Of a DNA stretch of 64,000 nucleotides, positions 19,913 to 29,941 are shown piece by piece (the stretch's first letter is position 1; each line of letters begins with the position of its first letter). Below the pieces are notes generated by a model. The model searched no databases. It was not told where the DNA came from and saw nothing but the letters and a program-made list of their open reading frames with translations. The position numbers and the translations under genes are program-made. Origin of the DNA: an uncultured Candidatus Saccharibacteria bacterium (lineage in GTDB: Bacteria; Patescibacteriota; Dojkabacteria; SC72); assembly GCA_964403155.1 (NCBI GenBank), contig CAYOEG010000002.1, positions 74,296 to 138,295 of the forward strand, written 5' to 3'.

Positions 19913-21307
19913 CTAATAGATAATAATTAGATAAAAAATCGATAACAGCATTAGTCCTTGTGGCAAACTAAACAAATAATGATCAAAACATCCAATAACC
20001 ACAATTACAAAAATAACCAACCACTTAAACCAACTCATCCTTTTAACATTCCTTAACAAAATGCTACCCAACAACAAACAATAGAGTAGAGTACCCACAA
20101 TCCCCAACTCTGAAACCATTAACAATGGAACATTATGCACAGGCTGTATCAACATAACCCCATTACTAGTCAGAGGAATATTATTCTCCATACCCTTAGT
20201 AAACCTCCCTAATCCAATACCCATTAACCAATTCTCCTTTATAACCTCAAAACTACTTCTCATTAAATTAACCCTATCACTCCAACTCGTATCACCACCA
20301 GACAGTAGATTAAGAAATCTTTCAACTAATAATCCAAAAGAAAAGGAATACAAAACCTTTCTCTTAAAAACAAACCCTAAGAACAAAAATACCAACCAAA
20401 TTCCTAACACCAATACAACGCAAATCCTTGAAAAAGTAAAAATAACAAAAATACTACTCAAAATACCCAATAGAAGAGTAGCCCCTTTCCACTTAAAATC
20501 CTTCTTCATATACAAGAACAAAGAAACGAGCAAACACGTCACTAAATATCCACCAAAGATATTAGGGTGGGGGAATGTACCATAAGCACGCAAAAACACC
20601 TCGCTGTTTAAAGTTACAAAACTCGATCCTTGCATACCACTAACAATCGTGGATTCTCCAAACATACCTAATCCTAAAGAAGAACCCATCTTAAACTGCA
20701 AAACTCCAACAATTCCTTGAATAATCACAGAACCTAACAAAATAAACAGTAAATATTTCCAGAAATCTTTGTGTTTTTGTAATTTAAAGAAATCAATCGT
20801 AAGAATCAAACATACAAAACCCAAAACTATTCTTCCACCGTTCAGAAGTGTTAAGAAACTGGAGTTTAATATCGTAGAGAAGAGCAAATAGCCTACAAAG
20901 AGGGCAATCCAAATGGAGTAGCTATGGAGTAAAACCTTAACATGCTTAAATCCAAACTCATAAACATATGAAGCAATTAGAAGAATCAATCCTAGATCTA
21001 GAATAGATATGGTAGGTATTAAATAGTTAGTGGCAATACCACTTACATATGGATCTGTATGAAAAAATAGAACATCAGTTGGCAACTGGTAGGTGATATT
21101 GAATGGGAGTGTAATTAATATATACAAAAGACTACTTACAACAGTACTCTTAAACCCAATACTCATACCTAGCCATACAACCATGGAGATTACAATAGCA
21201 ACCATTCTGGAAGTATTCTCCCTTGCTAAAAAGAGTAGGGTGAGAGCTACGAAAACAAATACCAATATTGAAAAAATTTTCCGTTTGAGAAATTCTTTAA
21301 CTTTCAT
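19913..21307 (-). CDS. O-antigen ligase (Wzy_C/WaaL) family membrane protein
   Basis: RAYGTFPHPN, TFSR, GIGLG.F, PVHN..L...SELGIVG. Confidence 0.88.
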   Translation of the reverse strand: MKVKEFLKRKIFSILVFVFVALTLLFLARENTSRMVAIVISMVVWLGMSIGFKSTVVSSLLYILITLPFNITYQLPTDVLFFHTDPYVSGIATNYLIPTISILDLGLILLIASYVYEFGFKHVKVLLHSYSIWIALFVGYLLFSTILNSSFLTLLNGGRIVLGFVCLILTIDFFKLQKHKDFWKYLLFILLGSVIIQGIVGVLQFKMGSSLGLGMFGESTIVSGMQGSSFVTLNSEVFLRAYGTFPHPNIFGGYLVTCLLVSLFLYMKKDFKWKGATLLLGILSSIFVIFTFSRICVVLVLGIWLVFLFLGFVFKRKVLYSFSFGLLVERFLNLLSGGDTSWSDRVNLMRSSFEVIKENWLMGIGLGRFTKGMENNIPLTSNGVMLIQPVHNVPLLMVSELGIVGTLLYCLLLGSILLRNVKRMSWFKWLVIFVIVVIGCFDHYLFSLPQGLMLLSIFYLIIIY

Positions 21308-21320
21308 TAATTGATTCTAC

Positions 21321-21800
21321 CTACTTAAGAGGCATAATCACAATATGGCGGTCCATACCCTCTCCGCGACTCTCGGTAGTAATATCGTCAAATCTCTCCA
21401 AAGCAATATGTACAATTCTTCTGTCAGAGGGCTTCATAGCTGGAAGCTCAACTTCCTCCCCAAGGATTCTAACATCATCTGCTTTTTGAAGTGCCATCTC
21501 CTCAAGCTTTTTATCCTTCTCCTCTCTGTATCCACCAACATCTACAAATACCTTAAAGACTGTATCTTCTGGAAGTTTTCTCCCTAAAATAACCTGGAGC
21601 ATGAATTGAAGAGAGTCTAAATGTCTACCTCTGTTACCAATCATATATCCGAGATCATCACCACTAAAAACAACTTTAATATATTTTTCGCCCTCGTTTC
21701 CATCTTCAATACTACTCTCCTTAACACACTCAACAGTTAAAAGCTCACACAAAGTTGATACTTCTTGGTCAACAATTTTTAGAATATCTTTATCCTTCAT
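21321..21800 (-). CDS. jag: Jag/KhpB RNA-binding protein (KH + R3H)
   Basis: IGNRGRHLDSLQ, VDVGGYR, RRIVH; synteny with yidC. Confidence 0.9.
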   Translation of the reverse strand: MKDKDILKIVDQEVSTLCELLTVECVKESSIEDGNEGEKYIKVVFSGDDLGYMIGNRGRHLDSLQFMLQVILGRKLPEDTVFKVFVDVGGYREEKDKKLEEMALQKADDVRILGEEVELPAMKPSDRRIVHIALERFDDITTESRGEGMDRHIVIMPLK

Positions 21801-21842
21801 ATCAAAACAATATTTAAATTATTTTTCAAAATAACTGGGGTG

Positions 21843-22691
21843 TTATTTAGATTTCTTAAAATATCTCGTAAAGAGATTCTGTACGCCTTTCTTTGTCTTG
21901 TCCCAATCCAAAATCCAATACTGCGCGATCAACATAAATGATTGAACAATCCAATATACACTTAATGCAGAAGGTGCGCTCACAGCGATAAAAACGGTCG
22001 AAAGAGGAAGTATTAAGTTCATAGACTTGGTCATCTTCTTCTGCATATCTTCAGCGGATGGTGCCGCACCCTTCTTTTTTGTCTCGTTTGTAGGAGCTAG
22101 AGGGTTCTGAATCTTCTGGGTAAATACTGTAGTAAAGTACTGTGAAATACCAACAAGAAAAGCAAGTATCAAATATGAAATTGCTTGAATTGAGAATTTG
22201 CCTGCTTCAGCAGCGATATTAGAGTAAGATTTTGTTAAATCCCACCAAAGGAAATGCGTATTAATTATCAAGTCTCCACCTGCAGGGTTCAACCATTCTT
22301 GCATAAATGGATATACTCCACTTAGCTGATTGTTTGTAACATTACGTATTACAACAATTAAGACTGAGAGAACAACAAGTTGTGGTATAAAGGTAACCAA
22401 GCAACCTAATGGATTGTAACCAACCTTCTTGTACAACTTCATCTGCTCTTCAGACAACTTCTGAGAATTATTTGCGTATTTCTTTTGCAATTCGTCTAAC
22501 TGTGGTTTAAGTCCAGCCATCTTTCTAGTCATATTGGTCTGCTTCTTAGTGAGAGGAATGAGGATTAATCTGGTAATGACAGCTATTGCTAGAATAGCAA
22601 TCCCTAAGTTATCCCAGAAAATATGGTAGAAGCCAAGAGTTAAGTTGAGTAGGGGATATGTAAATATATTGTTCCAAATATCTGCAAGCAT
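21843..22691 (-). CDS. yidC: Membrane protein insertase
   Basis: LYKKVGYNPLGCL, PSALSVYW; synteny. Confidence 0.92.
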   Translation of the reverse strand: MLADIWNNIFTYPLLNLTLGFYHIFWDNLGIAILAIAVITRLILIPLTKKQTNMTRKMAGLKPQLDELQKKYANNSQKLSEEQMKLYKKVGYNPLGCLVTFIPQLVVLSVLIVVIRNVTNNQLSGVYPFMQEWLNPAGGDLIINTHFLWWDLTKSYSNIAAEAGKFSIQAISYLILAFLVGISQYFTTVFTQKIQNPLAPTNETKKKGAAPSAEDMQKKMTKSMNLILPLSTVFIAVSAPSALSVYWIVQSFMLIAQYWILDWDKTKKGVQNLFTRYFKKSK

Positions 22692-22742
22692 ATTCTAAGT
22701 ATTAAAGTAATTTCCGATTATATACAATCTTCTGTTATTTTT

Positions 22743-22985
22743 CTATGGTACAGGATCATATTGTCCTGGCTCCGTCTTAGGATTACATCTAGCAATTCTA
22801 TTAAGCGCTAATTTTGTACCTTTAAAAACACCATACTTTTTAATTGCATCATATCCATATTGGGAGCAGGTTGGGGTAAATTTACATGGTCTCGTATTTG
22901 GAAATATCTTTCCCATTAAACCATAATCATAGGAAAATGTTTTTTGATACAGCTTTATGAAAAAGAGTAGGAGATATTTCATCAT
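22743..22985 (-). CDS. yidD: Membrane protein insertion efficiency factor
   Basis: CKFTPTCSQY...RCNP...DPVP. Confidence 0.92.
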   Translation of the reverse strand: MMKYLLLFFIKLYQKTFSYDYGLMGKIFPNTRPCKFTPTCSQYGYDAIKKYGVFKGTKLALNRIARCNPKTEPGQYDPVP

Positions 22986-23308
22986 GAAAGCGCTTGCTTA
23001 ATCTGCTTTTCGAATTCAACCTTGATGATTTCTTTAGAGTCACAGAATTCAAACGCAACATATTCTAAATCAAAAAGTTTATTTTCAATATTTAACTCTT
23101 TTACTAATTCAAGAAAAGAAACTCGCAGAAGTCTAGTCATTCTGTGTCTTTTTATGGCATTACCTATCTTCTTGTTTATGACAAAACCTATTTTAAGTGA
23201 TTTTGAAGGAGTAGTAACAAGCATCCCATATTGGCCGCGAAATTTTAACCCCTTGGCATAAACATTACGAAAATCTTTTGCTGGTAATCTGTATTTTTTA
23301 GGAAGCAT
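22982..23308 (-). CDS. rnpA: RNase P protein component
   Basis: MLPKKYRL, KKIGNAIKRHR (RNR-like); synteny. Confidence 0.9.
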   Translation of the reverse strand: MLPKKYRLPAKDFRNVYAKGLKFRGQYGMLVTTPSKSLKIGFVINKKIGNAIKRHRMTRLLRVSFLELVKELNIENKLFDLEYVAFEFCDSKEIIKVEFEKQIKQALS

Positions 23309-23315
23309 CTTACTC

Positions 23316-23498
23316 CTATCTTATACTTTTTGTAGTCTTTTTTCTAAGTGCTTTGTATTCCTCACTTGCAGAAAGTCTCTTTCTTCCGACAGCTCTTCTT
23401 CTTTTCAATACATTCTTTCCATCTGCACTCTTGTTTCGTGCCATGAATCCAAACTTTCTAATTCTTTTTACATTTTTGGGTTGGAATGTTCTTTTCAT
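23316..23498 (-). CDS. rpmH: 50S ribosomal protein L34
   Basis: MKRTFQP...GFMAR...RRR..GRKRL. Confidence 0.95.
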   Translation of the reverse strand: MKRTFQPKNVKRIRKFGFMARNKSADGKNVLKRRRAVGRKRLSASEEYKALRKKTTKSIR

Positions 23499-23558
23499 TT
23501 CTTTCTTTATCTATATGATATCGTGGGTATTATATATGATGAGTAGGGAATTGGCAAA

Positions 23559-24077
23559 TTACACTAAAATATGAAGACGCATTGAAATATATTCGCCATT
23601 TTCTTGAAGTTTCTTCCATCTTTTAATAAATTTGTTGCCTAGACCTTTGTTGTAATAAAAATCCTCACTCAAGACTAGAAAAATCTCATCGTCGGATTTA
23701 TAAAAAAACGCTTTTGTTTTTCTTCCCATTCTCTTGCTAACGTTTAGTACTTTTTCTCCCTTCTCAGACAATTCCTCGTTTAAACTCCTCTTCGTATCTA
23801 AATCCTTTATCCCAAAGAAAAAATTTAATCCAAATTTATTATGATTTATCTCCTCCTCAAGCAATTCATCTACAGTGGGATTTGGCTCCTGGGGACTCCA
23901 GCCATGCCATACATATCCGGAGGTTGCAAGCTCTTGCTGTATCTTCTCTTTCCTTTTTTCTTCTAGTGGATTATCACTCACTAAGAAATTCATGATAATA
24001 GGTATTGCCTTGGGCGAAGGCAAGAGGATTTCTCTTGCTTCTCCTTTTTGTTCAGGATTCTCTTGATCTAAAGTCAT
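23559..24077 (-). CDS. Hypothetical protein between rpmH and dnaA
   Basis: 172-aa ORF from ATG 24077. Confidence 0.65.
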   Translation of the reverse strand: MTLDQENPEQKGEAREILLPSPKAIPIIMNFLVSDNPLEEKRKEKIQQELATSGYVWHGWSPQEPNPTVDELLEEEINHNKFGLNFFFGIKDLDTKRSLNEELSEKGEKVLNVSKRMGRKTKAFFYKSDDEIFLVLSEDFYYNKGLGNKFIKRWKKLQENGEYISMRLHILV

Positions 24078-24302
24078 TATTCTTAAGACAAAATTATATT
24101 TATATACTATCACAAACACACCTCTAATTTTTCTAGAGTCGCTCTTACCTAAGAATAATCCCTTGGTATAGCAGTGTTTCTGCGTATCCTAGAATACATA
24201 TCCACATTTCTAAAAAAATATATATAATGGATCAAAGTCCCAATCGGCTAGATACTGCCCCCTAAACTGCCTTGTATATATAACCAAACTTTAGACAAGT
24301 CT

Positions 24303-25766
24303 ATGAACAAAGCAGAATTCGACCAATATATAGAGAAGATCCCCAAGCCACAATATACAACTGAAAGTACACCCTCTTACACATTGAACCCTGATGCTCT
24401 TTGGCGATCTACAAAAGAGAATTTGAAGTTAACAATAGGGACAGAAATTTTTAACAATGCTTTTGGAGGAACATATATAGAGAATATTGGAAATGGAGTA
24501 GTACAAATGTCATGTGATTCTGCCTACAAGAGAGAGAAGATATTAAGAGACTATAGCTTTGCATTAAAGGAAGCCCTTAAGAAAGCGTGTGGGCAAAATT
24601 TTGAGATAGAGATAAATATAAGAGAAAATACAATGGTCAAAGATAAATACAAATATGAATATCATGATCCCAGATCTAACCAACCAGTAGATCTCTTTTC
24701 GTCTGCAGAGAATGAGAAAAATCAGAAAGAAGAGACTTTGAGAAAAGCCCAGCTTAATCCTAGATATCTTTTCTCCAATTTCATAGTAGGTACAAACAAT
24801 CGGCTAGCAGAGGCTGTGGCCCAAGCTGTAGTTGATAGCCTTGGAGAAGCATATAATCCTGTGTTCTTTCATGGCAATACAGGAGTAGGAAAAACCCATC
24901 TCATGCAAGCAATAGGGAACGAAGTCATCAACAGATATCCAAACAAGAAGGTTGTATATATCTCCATTGAGCAGTTCCTTAATGAAATGGTGGAATCCAT
25001 AAGAACAAAAAAGAACGAGGAGTTTAGGAATAAATACAGAGCTGTGGACCTACTGATAATAGATGATGTTCAATTCGTTGAAACATTCCCTCGAACACAA
25101 GAAGAGCTCTTTCACACATTTAACACTCTGTATCAAGCAAACAAACAGATTGTTTTGGCGTCTGATAGATCACCAAAAGAGATAAAGAATATTACAGATA
25201 GACTAAGATCTAGATTTGAAGGTGGGATGGTCGCGGATATCCAGGCACCTGATTATGAAACAAGATTGGCAATATTACAGCAGCATCTAATAGAGAAGAA
25301 TTTGAATATTGACGTTCCCCACGAATATCTAGATCTCATTGCTAAAAATGTAGAAAACAACATCCGAGAGCTAGAGGGAGCCTTAACCAAGGTCTTGTCT
25401 CTTTTCAAGTTAGGTATGAACCCTACAGAAGAGGATGTCGCGAAACTTCTGCAGATTGATCTAGATAGTAAACGAAAGAAAATTTCTCCTGTTAAAGTAA
25501 TGAAGGGTGTTTCTGAAGTCTTTGATGTAAAACTTGCGGATATTAAGGGAAGTCGCAGAACGGCATATGTTGCTCAGTGCAGACAAATTGTCATGTATAT
25601 TCTTAGAAATGAGCTTGGCATGCCATTGGAGAGAGTTGCAAAAGAGGTAAATAGAAAAGATCATACTACTGTACTTCATGCTTGCGAAAAAATTAAAAAT
25701 TTGAGAGAAAAAGACTCTAGATTCAACGAAAAAATGCTCGCCTGCTTCAAATTGATAAGAGAGTAG
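24303..25766 (+). CDS. dnaA: Chromosomal replication initiator
   Basis: YNP.F.HG.TGVGKTHL, LIIDDVQF, RLRSRF, DHTTVLHA. Confidence 0.97.
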   Translation: MNKAEFDQYIEKIPKPQYTTESTPSYTLNPDALWRSTKENLKLTIGTEIFNNAFGGTYIENIGNGVVQMSCDSAYKREKILRDYSFALKEALKKACGQNFEIEINIRENTMVKDKYKYEYHDPRSNQPVDLFSSAENEKNQKEETLRKAQLNPRYLFSNFIVGTNNRLAEAVAQAVVDSLGEAYNPVFFHGNTGVGKTHLMQAIGNEVINRYPNKKVVYISIEQFLNEMVESIRTKKNEEFRNKYRAVDLLIIDDVQFVETFPRTQEELFHTFNTLYQANKQIVLASDRSPKEIKNITDRLRSRFEGGMVADIQAPDYETRLAILQQHLIEKNLNIDVPHEYLDLIAKNVENNIRELEGALTKVLSLFKLGMNPTEEDVAKLLQIDLDSKRKKISPVKVMKGVSEVFDVKLADIKGSRRTAYVAQCRQIVMYILRNELGMPLERVAKEVNRKDHTTVLHACEKIKNLREKDSRFNEKMLACFKLIRE

Positions 25767-26219
25767 ATCTGTGGATAACTTTGTGGAAACTTTACGTATA
25801 TCTCCGGATAACTAACATGATTACCCACTCCTTGAAAATGTTGGAATATCGTTGAGGCTTTATTGGTAAAAGATTTCTTAAAAACATTATACCCACACAT
25901 ATCTTTACTTACTCTTAAGTTACCCGAAAAATTAAGCACATCAAAAAAGAAAAGTATGTAGAGGATATCTACGAAGTTGCTTAAATAATTTGCACTAAAG
26001 ATATCCACAGTTATGAACATAAAAAGATTTGATTATAGAAAAGGGAATATCTATCGCGTGGTGGATGTTATCAACATATCCATACTCACTACTACATCTA
26101 TTACTTTTTATATATAAAAAGAAATTTAGAACAATAGGACATAAATTTTTATCAAACACAAAAGGTGATACAATATACATAACAACTGCCCAACTATATT
26201 ATTTTAACTCTTAATAAAG
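25767..26219. other. Replication origin oriC
   Basis: dnaA-dnaN spacer; perfect box TGTGGATAA at 25770-25778; near boxes at 25782-25790, 26001-26009 and 26068-26076; trio-like repeats then an AT-rich tract at about 26082-26125. Confidence 0.85.
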
Positions 26220-27341
26220 ATGCAGTTCTCATGTAATCAAGATACATTCGCAAAATACTTAAATATAATAAGTAGAGTTGTTAACAATAAACCAGGATTG
26301 CCAATACTCAATAATGTCTTGTTTGAAGCATTGAAAGGAAAAGTAATATTGAAAGCAACAGATTTAGAATTAAGTATAAGCACGTGGATAGGTGCAGATG
26401 TAAAAGTTGATGGAAGGATTACGGTGCCAGCAAAACAATTATCTGAATTCATAACCTCCATTCCAGAGGAGAAGGTTGATGTAGAATTGGATAAACAGAG
26501 TTTTAATATCTCTACTGAGAACAACTCTGCGAGTTTTAACACTATGCCTGCGGATGACTTTCCAGCTATACCAGAGGTAGGAGAGGGACAGAAACCAGTT
26601 ATGAAGATAAATAAAGATGATCTAGTAATGGCTATTAACAGAGTGGCTTTTGCTGCTGCAAGAGATGACATCAAACCCGTTTTAACAGGAGTAAAAGTAG
26701 AGATAGATGAATCAAATGTATCTTTTGTATGTACTGATGGTTTGAGACTTTCAAGACAGGTGATCAAGGCAGAAAAAGGTGCTGAGAAGAAGGATATATT
26801 AGTTCCTGTAAGAGCTTTTGAGGAGTTGGCTTACATTGTATCTGCACTAGATAACGAAGACGAAATTATAGAAGTCTATGTGTTAAGTGATAGAAATCAG
26901 GTACTATTTCGATTCGGTGAAGTTGATTTAATATCAAGATTGATAGACGGAGAGTTTCCAGAGTACAAGCAGATCATACCAACAGGATACAAAACAAGAA
27001 GTGAGGTTTCTAAAAGCGATTTCTTGAATTCTTTAAAGGTTATAAATATCATTGCGAGATCAGTATTAGGGAATAAAATGATTTTGGATATATACAAGGA
27101 GGGCAAAATCTCATTGTCAGCGACTCAATCGGATCTTGGGAAAAATCAGAGCAATATGACATGCAAGGTAGAAGGGGAAGATATCAAGATAGCTTTTAGT
27201 GCAAAGCTTCTTTCTGATGTCTTAAACCATGTTGATTCTGAAGAGATTGTTTTTGAATGCTCAGAAGCAGTAAGGCCAGGGGTGTTTAAGATAAAGAAAG
27301 ACGAGAATTTTGTGCACCTAGTGATGCCGATGATGCTTTAG
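26220..27341 (+). CDS. dnaN: DNA polymerase III beta clamp
   Basis: ATDLE, TDGLRL, SRLIDGEFPEY, LVMPM. Confidence 0.96.
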   Translation: MQFSCNQDTFAKYLNIISRVVNNKPGLPILNNVLFEALKGKVILKATDLELSISTWIGADVKVDGRITVPAKQLSEFITSIPEEKVDVELDKQSFNISTENNSASFNTMPADDFPAIPEVGEGQKPVMKINKDDLVMAINRVAFAAARDDIKPVLTGVKVEIDESNVSFVCTDGLRLSRQVIKAEKGAEKKDILVPVRAFEELAYIVSALDNEDEIIEVYVLSDRNQVLFRFGEVDLISRLIDGEFPEYKQIIPTGYKTRSEVSKSDFLNSLKVINIIARSVLGNKMILDIYKEGKISLSATQSDLGKNQSNMTCKVEGEDIKIAFSAKLLSDVLNHVDSEEIVFECSEAVRPGVFKIKKDENFVHLVMPMML

Positions 27342-28004
27342 AGGCTTCTCTTCCATCTTGTATCCTACGCCATGCACAGTCTTAATGAGATTTTTGTTTT
27401 CCAACTTGTCTCTAAGTCTTTTGATATGCACATCGATTGTATTGGAACCAACATATTCTCGATAATCCCACACATGATCTAGTAATTCACATCTTGATAT
27501 TGCACGATCCTTGTTTCTCAAAAGATATTCGAAAAGAGAATACTCTTTTTTCCGCAAAGCAATATCGTGATTACCTTTGAAGACAGTCTTACTGTCTGTA
27601 TCTAATACATAATCACCAATATATAGATTCTCTTCGACATAATTAGTAGGCCTTCTAATTAAAGCCTGAATGCGCGCAAGCAACTCTTGAACAGGAAAAG
27701 GGTAGGTGAGAACATCATCTCCTCCGTGGTTAAGAAATTCAACCTTCTCTACCCAACTCCCCTTATTACATACTCCTAGAATTTTCGTTTTCTTATGATA
27801 TTTCTTTAAAAATAACAGAATCTCGAAGGACCTTCCTGCCTCCAAGTTTGTATTCAATATAACAAAATCGAATATGCCTTTTTTAGCAAGAGATTTACTT
27901 TCGAATTCTGAAGTGTCTAAAGTAGTGTTATATCCATATGCACAGAGAGATTTCTGTAAAAGTTGGGAAAGAGTAGCAGAATTTTCTATAATTAATATAT
28001 TCAT
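27318..28004 (-). CDS. Atypical OmpR/PhoB-family response regulator
   Basis: Receiver fold + wHTH (SNTIDVHIKRLRDKL...TVHGVGY); phospho-site residues substituted. Confidence 0.88.
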   Translation of the reverse strand: MNILIIENSATLSQLLQKSLCAYGYNTTLDTSEFESKSLAKKGIFDFVILNTNLEAGRSFEILLFLKKYHKKTKILGVCNKGSWVEKVEFLNHGGDDVLTYPFPVQELLARIQALIRRPTNYVEENLYIGDYVLDTDSKTVFKGNHDIALRKKEYSLFEYLLRNKDRAISRCELLDHVWDYREYVGSNTIDVHIKRLRDKLENKNLIKTVHGVGYKMEEKPLKHHRHH

Positions 28005-28077
28005 ATCTTTAAAAAACAAATTATTAAATTGATGATATGAAGCTAACGGTTATCGATAAAAACCTAGAGAAAGAATT

Positions 28078-28446
28078 ATGATTAAATATCTTTTTACAAC
28101 AGGGTTAACATTAATCTTCTCTGTAGGTTTTCTGTACTATTTAATTCAAAATCCGAATTTCTTCCCAATAGGAACAAGTGGTTACGAATGGGTTAATATC
28201 CTCGTTTTCTTTTTCCTCTTGATCATTGGTTGTGCAAGCTTTTTCTGCTTAGTTATCTTTGTATTTAGAAAACTATTCTTTAAGCAGGTAGAGGAGAGAG
28301 TACAGATTAAAAGAAGTGTTAAATATGGCTTGTTATTAACATTTGGATTATTTGTAGTATACCTTTTGCATTTTTATCATATTCTTGGTTTTTGGTGGGG
28401 GTTAGGTATCTTAATAGTTGTTATATTAGCCATTTTTGTTATATGA
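28078..28446 (+). CDS. Hypothetical membrane protein (4 TM)
   Basis: Hydrophobic 122-aa ORF. Confidence 0.7.
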   Translation: MIKYLFTTGLTLIFSVGFLYYLIQNPNFFPIGTSGYEWVNILVFFFLLIIGCASFFCLVIFVFRKLFFKQVEERVQIKRSVKYGLLLTFGLFVVYLLHFYHILGFWWGLGILIVVILAIFVI

Positions 28447-28453
28447 TATCCCT

Positions 28454-29122
28454 ATGAACAAAGAATTTGACGATATTGCAAAGATTATTTCCGGAGAGAT
28501 GGCCCTTGAGAAGAAGCAAAAAGCTTTAGAAAAGGCAAAGAAAGAGGCCATAAAGGAACAGAAAAATAGGAGAAGAGAAGGAATAGAGAAGGGGAGTATA
28601 AAGCTGAAGGAAGACGAGGAAGTTGAGACAAAGAAAGTGATACAGAATATTAAGCTTTTTTCTTGGGAGGCTAAGGATAGACTTCCAATTAAGTACAATA
28701 ACAATTCGTTTTTGATACTTGTTGCTGCTAGCTTGGCATTTATTCTTTTATTAGCAGTTTTGGGTCACTACTTCTTAATGGGTTGTATCATAGCTATGGT
28801 ATTCCTGATCTATGTGCTTGGTACTACTAAACCTCAAACAGTAATACATACAGTAACTGCAAGAGGGATAGAAACAGGAAACAGGCTCTATCAATGGTAT
28901 TTGCTTAAGAACTTTTACTTTTCCAACAAGGAGGGGCAGATCTTTATGATTGTTGAAACCAATCTTAATATTCCAGGGGCATTAGTATTCTTAGTAGGGA
29001 AGAAAGATCAGGGCCCATTGTTTGTGCTTTTACAAGAGAAACTTCTTTACAAAGATGTTAGGAAACAGGGTTGGTTAGAGAAACAGAATTATGGTACATA
29101 TATACCATTAGAAGAGGTTTAA
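28454..29122 (+). CDS. Hypothetical membrane protein (2 TM + PH-like C-terminus)
   Basis: LFSWEA motif, TM hairpin, GI...NRLY.W..L..F. Confidence 0.65.
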   Translation: MNKEFDDIAKIISGEMALEKKQKALEKAKKEAIKEQKNRRREGIEKGSIKLKEDEEVETKKVIQNIKLFSWEAKDRLPIKYNNNSFLILVAASLAFILLLAVLGHYFLMGCIIAMVFLIYVLGTTKPQTVIHTVTARGIETGNRLYQWYLLKNFYFSNKEGQIFMIVETNLNIPGALVFLVGKKDQGPLFVLLQEKLLYKDVRKQGWLEKQNYGTYIPLEEV

Positions 29123-29129
29123 TAAACGA

Positions 29130-29216
29130 GGAGGGATGCCTGAGTGGCTGATAGGGATGCTTTCGAAAAGCATTGTATGGGAAACCATATCGGGGGTTCG
29201 AATCCCTCTCCCTCCG
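29130..29216 (+). tRNA. tRNA-Ser(CGA)
   Basis: GGAGGGA/TCCCTCC acceptor, loop TTCGAAA, long variable arm. Confidence 0.93.
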
Positions 29217-29435
29217 TTTTTCATATATATTCAGTGTTGTTTTTATCTAGAGTGAGCTACTGATACATTATCCATATATGTGGATAAGTGCTTGGCACTC
29301 TTAGAAACCCCAGAACAAAGGCATTTCTAAGAACGCGAACACTATATCTTCTGCGTTATATACCTATAGGCGAAACAATTATCGAACTCGCCAGGGCTTA
29401 GTAGAAAAATTTTTCAGGATTATGTATATTGAACT

Positions 29436-29924
29436 ATGAAAGGATTTATAAAAGCCCCAAATCCTCAAAAGAAGGAAAAAAGACCCATTCTCTTGGAAAT
29501 ACTTCTTGGATTTGCAATATGTCTTGTGATAGGGCTGGGTATATACATGACGCTTAATCCCCAGAAAAACGAAGAAGAATCGAGAAACTCTACGCGTAGC
29601 CAAGCCATTGTAGAAATAGCTGCGGCTGTAAAAAAATATGTAGATACAACAGGCAACACCCCATCAGAAATTCCTCTTAACAGAGAATGCGCAAGTATAG
29701 GAAATGAAATTTGCAAATTAGATGCTACTGATTGTGCCGGCTATGTTAAATTAGACTCCCTGACTGATTCTGGCCTATTATCACAAATCCCAGTGGACGG
29801 ACTAAGAGTTTCTGGTAATGGATCAGGATATTACATTTCACACGATGGAGACGGCAACATAATGGTATGTGCACCACTTGCCGAAAGGGGGGCAGATATA
29901 TCACTCAAACAGTTTGTATATTAA
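29436..29924 (+). CDS. Type IV pilin/pseudopilin-like protein with degenerate signal peptide
   Basis: LLEILL hydrophobic helix, RN..R...I..AV..Y...G..P, IPVD motif, cysteines. Confidence 0.65.
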   Translation: MKGFIKAPNPQKKEKRPILLEILLGFAICLVIGLGIYMTLNPQKNEEESRNSTRSQAIVEIAAAVKKYVDTTGNTPSEIPLNRECASIGNEICKLDATDCAGYVKLDSLTDSGLLSQIPVDGLRVSGNGSGYYISHDGDGNIMVCAPLAERGADISLKQFVY

Positions 29925-29941
29925 TTTTGATTTAAAGCTTA

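Noticed and set aside
19913-21307. Extreme G-poor plus strand suggesting foreign DNA
   Set aside because: Explained by a hydrophobic membrane protein on the G/T-rich leading strand left of oriC; valS shows a similar skew
25676-26214. Short ORFs between dnaA and dnaN
   Set aside because: They lie in oriC, with low-complexity products
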